The notes under the pieces were generated by a model, which was given only the letters and a program-made list of their open reading frames with translations, did not search any database and had not been told where the DNA came from. The translations under genes and the position numbers were made by a program. This document shows positions 62,160 through 64,000 of a stretch of DNA of 64,000 nt, piece after piece. The DNA comes from an uncultured Bacteroidota bacterium (lineage in GTDB: Bacteria > Bacteroidota > Bacteroidia > Bacteroidales > F082). Positions within the stretch are counted from its first letter, which is position 1, and each line of letters starts with the position of its first letter. Where the stretch lies: assembly GCA_913009685.1 (NCBI GenBank), contig CAJVXP010000002.1, positions 50,172-114,171 of the forward strand, in the 5' to 3' direction.

Positions 62160-63527
62160 CTAATCATGCCGCAACGACTCCACAGGATCTTGCAAAGCGG
62201 CTTTTCTGGCCGGGAGATAACCAAAAACAATGCCCACGGCAGCAGCCACCCCAAATGACAGCAGAATAGACCAAAAAGAGACAATGGTCAGAATACCAGT
62301 AGTCAGCATAATGACTTTGGCCATAATCACACCAAGTAGAACACCAATGATGCCTCCGCTGATACTGATAAACGTAGATTCGGCAAGAAACTGAAACACA
62401 ATGTCTTTCTGCGTGGCTCCCGTGGTGCGGCGCACACCTATTTCGCGGATACGTTCCATCACCGAAGCGAGCATAATGTTCATAATGCCAATGCCGCCTA
62501 CGAGCAACGAAATGCCGGCAATGGCGCCCAGCACAATATTAAAAATATCCTTGGTTTTCTGTTCCTGCTTCAGCAACAGCTCCGGAATTTTTATTTCAAA
62601 ATTTTCGATGTGCTGATGCCTGCGCAACAACATTTTTTTGATAATCTGTGCTGTGGGAACCAGCTGGCTACTCTTTTTTACCTGAACCACAATCTTGTCT
62701 AACTGGTTGTTGTTTTGCCCGTTAACACCTCCATTGCCGCTGCTAAAAACAGTTACCGAACCACCCATGACCACAATTTGTCCTCCTCCGCCTATGAGCG
62801 AGGTCTGGTTGATAAGCGACCGGTCTTTGTAGCGAAGCAGGATAGTTTTCAGAGGGGTAAAAATACTGTGGTTGTAATCGGAAATACCCATGTTTTCAGC
62901 TTTCTTGTTCACCTGCTGCCCCTCAACAATCCCGATCACCTGAAGCCAGATATTGCCTGCTTTTAGCTGTTTCCCCAACGGATCTTCATCCGGAAAGAGT
63001 TTAGCCGCCACCTCCGGACCGATGATACAAACCGGCTTGCCTTTTACAGCCTGCCGTGCAGTGAAGAAGATACCTTTTTTAACGGATAAATTAAAAACCC
63101 GAAAAAAGGCGGGACTGACTCCGCTAAGTTTGGCTGCCATTTTTTTGCCGCTACGCGAAGCCTGGATGTTGTAAACAATCTCCGGGCTTACCCGTTCCAC
63201 CGTGGGAATGATTTTTTGAATATTTTCCGCATCTTTCAGCGAAAGTCCCGGGACAAATTTCTTTTGCGTGGATTTTTCCTGTTCTTTGTCATTTTCACGG
63301 TTATCGTCCCGGTTATCCGCATTTTTCACAGGCAAAATCACAATGTTGTTTACCCCAACCATTTTGATTTGTTTCAGAATCTCCTGCCTCGCGCCGTTGC
63401 CAACGGCCATCATGGCAATCACGGCAGCCACGCCAAAGATAATACCCAACGCCGTCAGTATGGAGCGTGATTTATTCAGGAAAACCGCTTCAAGCGAGAC
63501 GGATAATATTTGTAAATAGCGTTCCAA
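62160..63527 (-). CDS. MacB/FtsX-type ABC transporter permease
   Basis: RSILTALGIIFGVAAVI, ISLLVGGIGIMNIMLASV.ER.REIG.R, PARKAA.QDPVESLR. Confidence 0.92.
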   Translation of the reverse strand: MERYLQILSVSLEAVFLNKSRSILTALGIIFGVAAVIAMMAVGNGARQEILKQIKMVGVNNIVILPVKNADNRDDNRENDKEQEKSTQKKFVPGLSLKDAENIQKIIPTVERVSPEIVYNIQASRSGKKMAAKLSGVSPAFFRVFNLSVKKGIFFTARQAVKGKPVCIIGPEVAAKLFPDEDPLGKQLKAGNIWLQVIGIVEGQQVNKKAENMGISDYNHSIFTPLKTILLRYKDRSLINQTSLIGGGGQIVVMGGSVTVFSSGNGGVNGQNNNQLDKIVVQVKKSSQLVPTAQIIKKMLLRRHQHIENFEIKIPELLLKQEQKTKDIFNIVLGAIAGISLLVGGIGIMNIMLASVMERIREIGVRRTTGATQKDIVFQFLAESTFISISGGIIGVLLGVIMAKVIMLTTGILTIVSFWSILLSFGVAAAVGIVFGYLPARKAALQDPVESLRHD

Positions 63528-63627
63528 TAGAAAAAATTAAATGACTTAAACAAAAAAGCTAAGGTAAAAAGTTTCTGAAGAACAGCAACCGGCAGCACTC
63601 TTCCGGCGATAACTTTTGCATAAGTAA

Positions 63628-63787
63628 GGAATTGTAACGAAATAACCTGCCGGTTTCAGCTTGTTCTTTTGCGCTTTTTCTTCGTTGCAAAAGTTTTAAA
63701 TAAACTGTGGCTATTCTCGACTTTTGTGCCTTGAAAAATCACAAAATTACTTCGTCGATTCCCGTCACTTTATTTCGTTACAAAACC
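63628..63787. mobile_element. 160-bp MITE with 18-bp terminal inverted repeats and 3-bp TAA target duplication
   Basis: TAA|GGAATTGTAACGAAATAA ... TTATTTCGTTACAAAACC|TAA (16/18 match, inner 14 bp perfect); internal imperfect palindrome. Confidence 0.75.
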
Positions 63788-63980
63788 TAAGGATGTTCCG
63801 GCTTTTTAGGACTCTGAATCTTTTCCCTATAACTTCCGAATGGTAAATCAGGAAGAATGTGGACCTTGTAGCGGTCATGGGTATCATTGCAAGAAAAGAG
63901 ACCTGCTTTTGCAAAACTAACGAAGCAACTTCATTATACTACTCGCCTTATTCCCTTCATTTTTATACTAACTTTGTAAC

Positions 63981-64000
63981 ATGGCAAAAACGAAAACAAC
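63981..64000 (+). CDS. Start of a gene cut by the window edge (MAKTKT..., resembles the RadA N-terminus)
   Basis: ATG 4 nt after a TAACTTTG -7 box (63969-63976); only 6 complete codons are visible. Confidence 0.4.

Noticed and set aside
1-64000. CRISPR arrays, prophage, transposases, reverse transcriptases, defence systems
   Set aside because: No regularly spaced repeats or diagnostic protein motifs seen

Overview
Gene-dense chromosomal window (~43% GC by eye) from a Bacteroidota bacterium, probably an environmental Bacteroidales. This is inferred from the T9SS translocon SprA after ruvA, many TAnnTTTG sigma-A -7 boxes, AT-rich ribosome-binding regions without Shine-Dalgarno, and DUF2723/DUF4296/DUF6249 genes. 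Most of the window is housekeeping: rsmD (partial), glpD-glpK, thiL, ruvA-sprA, nrdJ, lgt, tRNA-Gln-rimP-nusA-infB, deoC, recQ, kdsD-lptB, pssA, queA, mobA, menI-menF-menD, a TolC and a MacB-type permease. The most striking feature is a stand-alone Cyc2-type fused monoheme cytochrome c/outer-membrane porin (26264-27658) that resembles the Acidithiobacillus iron oxidase. It has a perfect CRP/FNR- or Rex-like palindrome upstream and is divergent from a Rieske-fold lipoprotein that lacks Fe-S ligands. Other points of interest are two 'empty' inverted heptamer-repeat elements of one family, a 160-bp MITE with a TAA target duplication, back-to-back ECF promoters, a sigma54-like microprotein operon, a hemerythrin/pseudo-receiver LuxR pair, and a mobA-coupled ECF-transporter-like membrane protein behind a structured leader. 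All calls come from motif recognition by eye; no searches were run.
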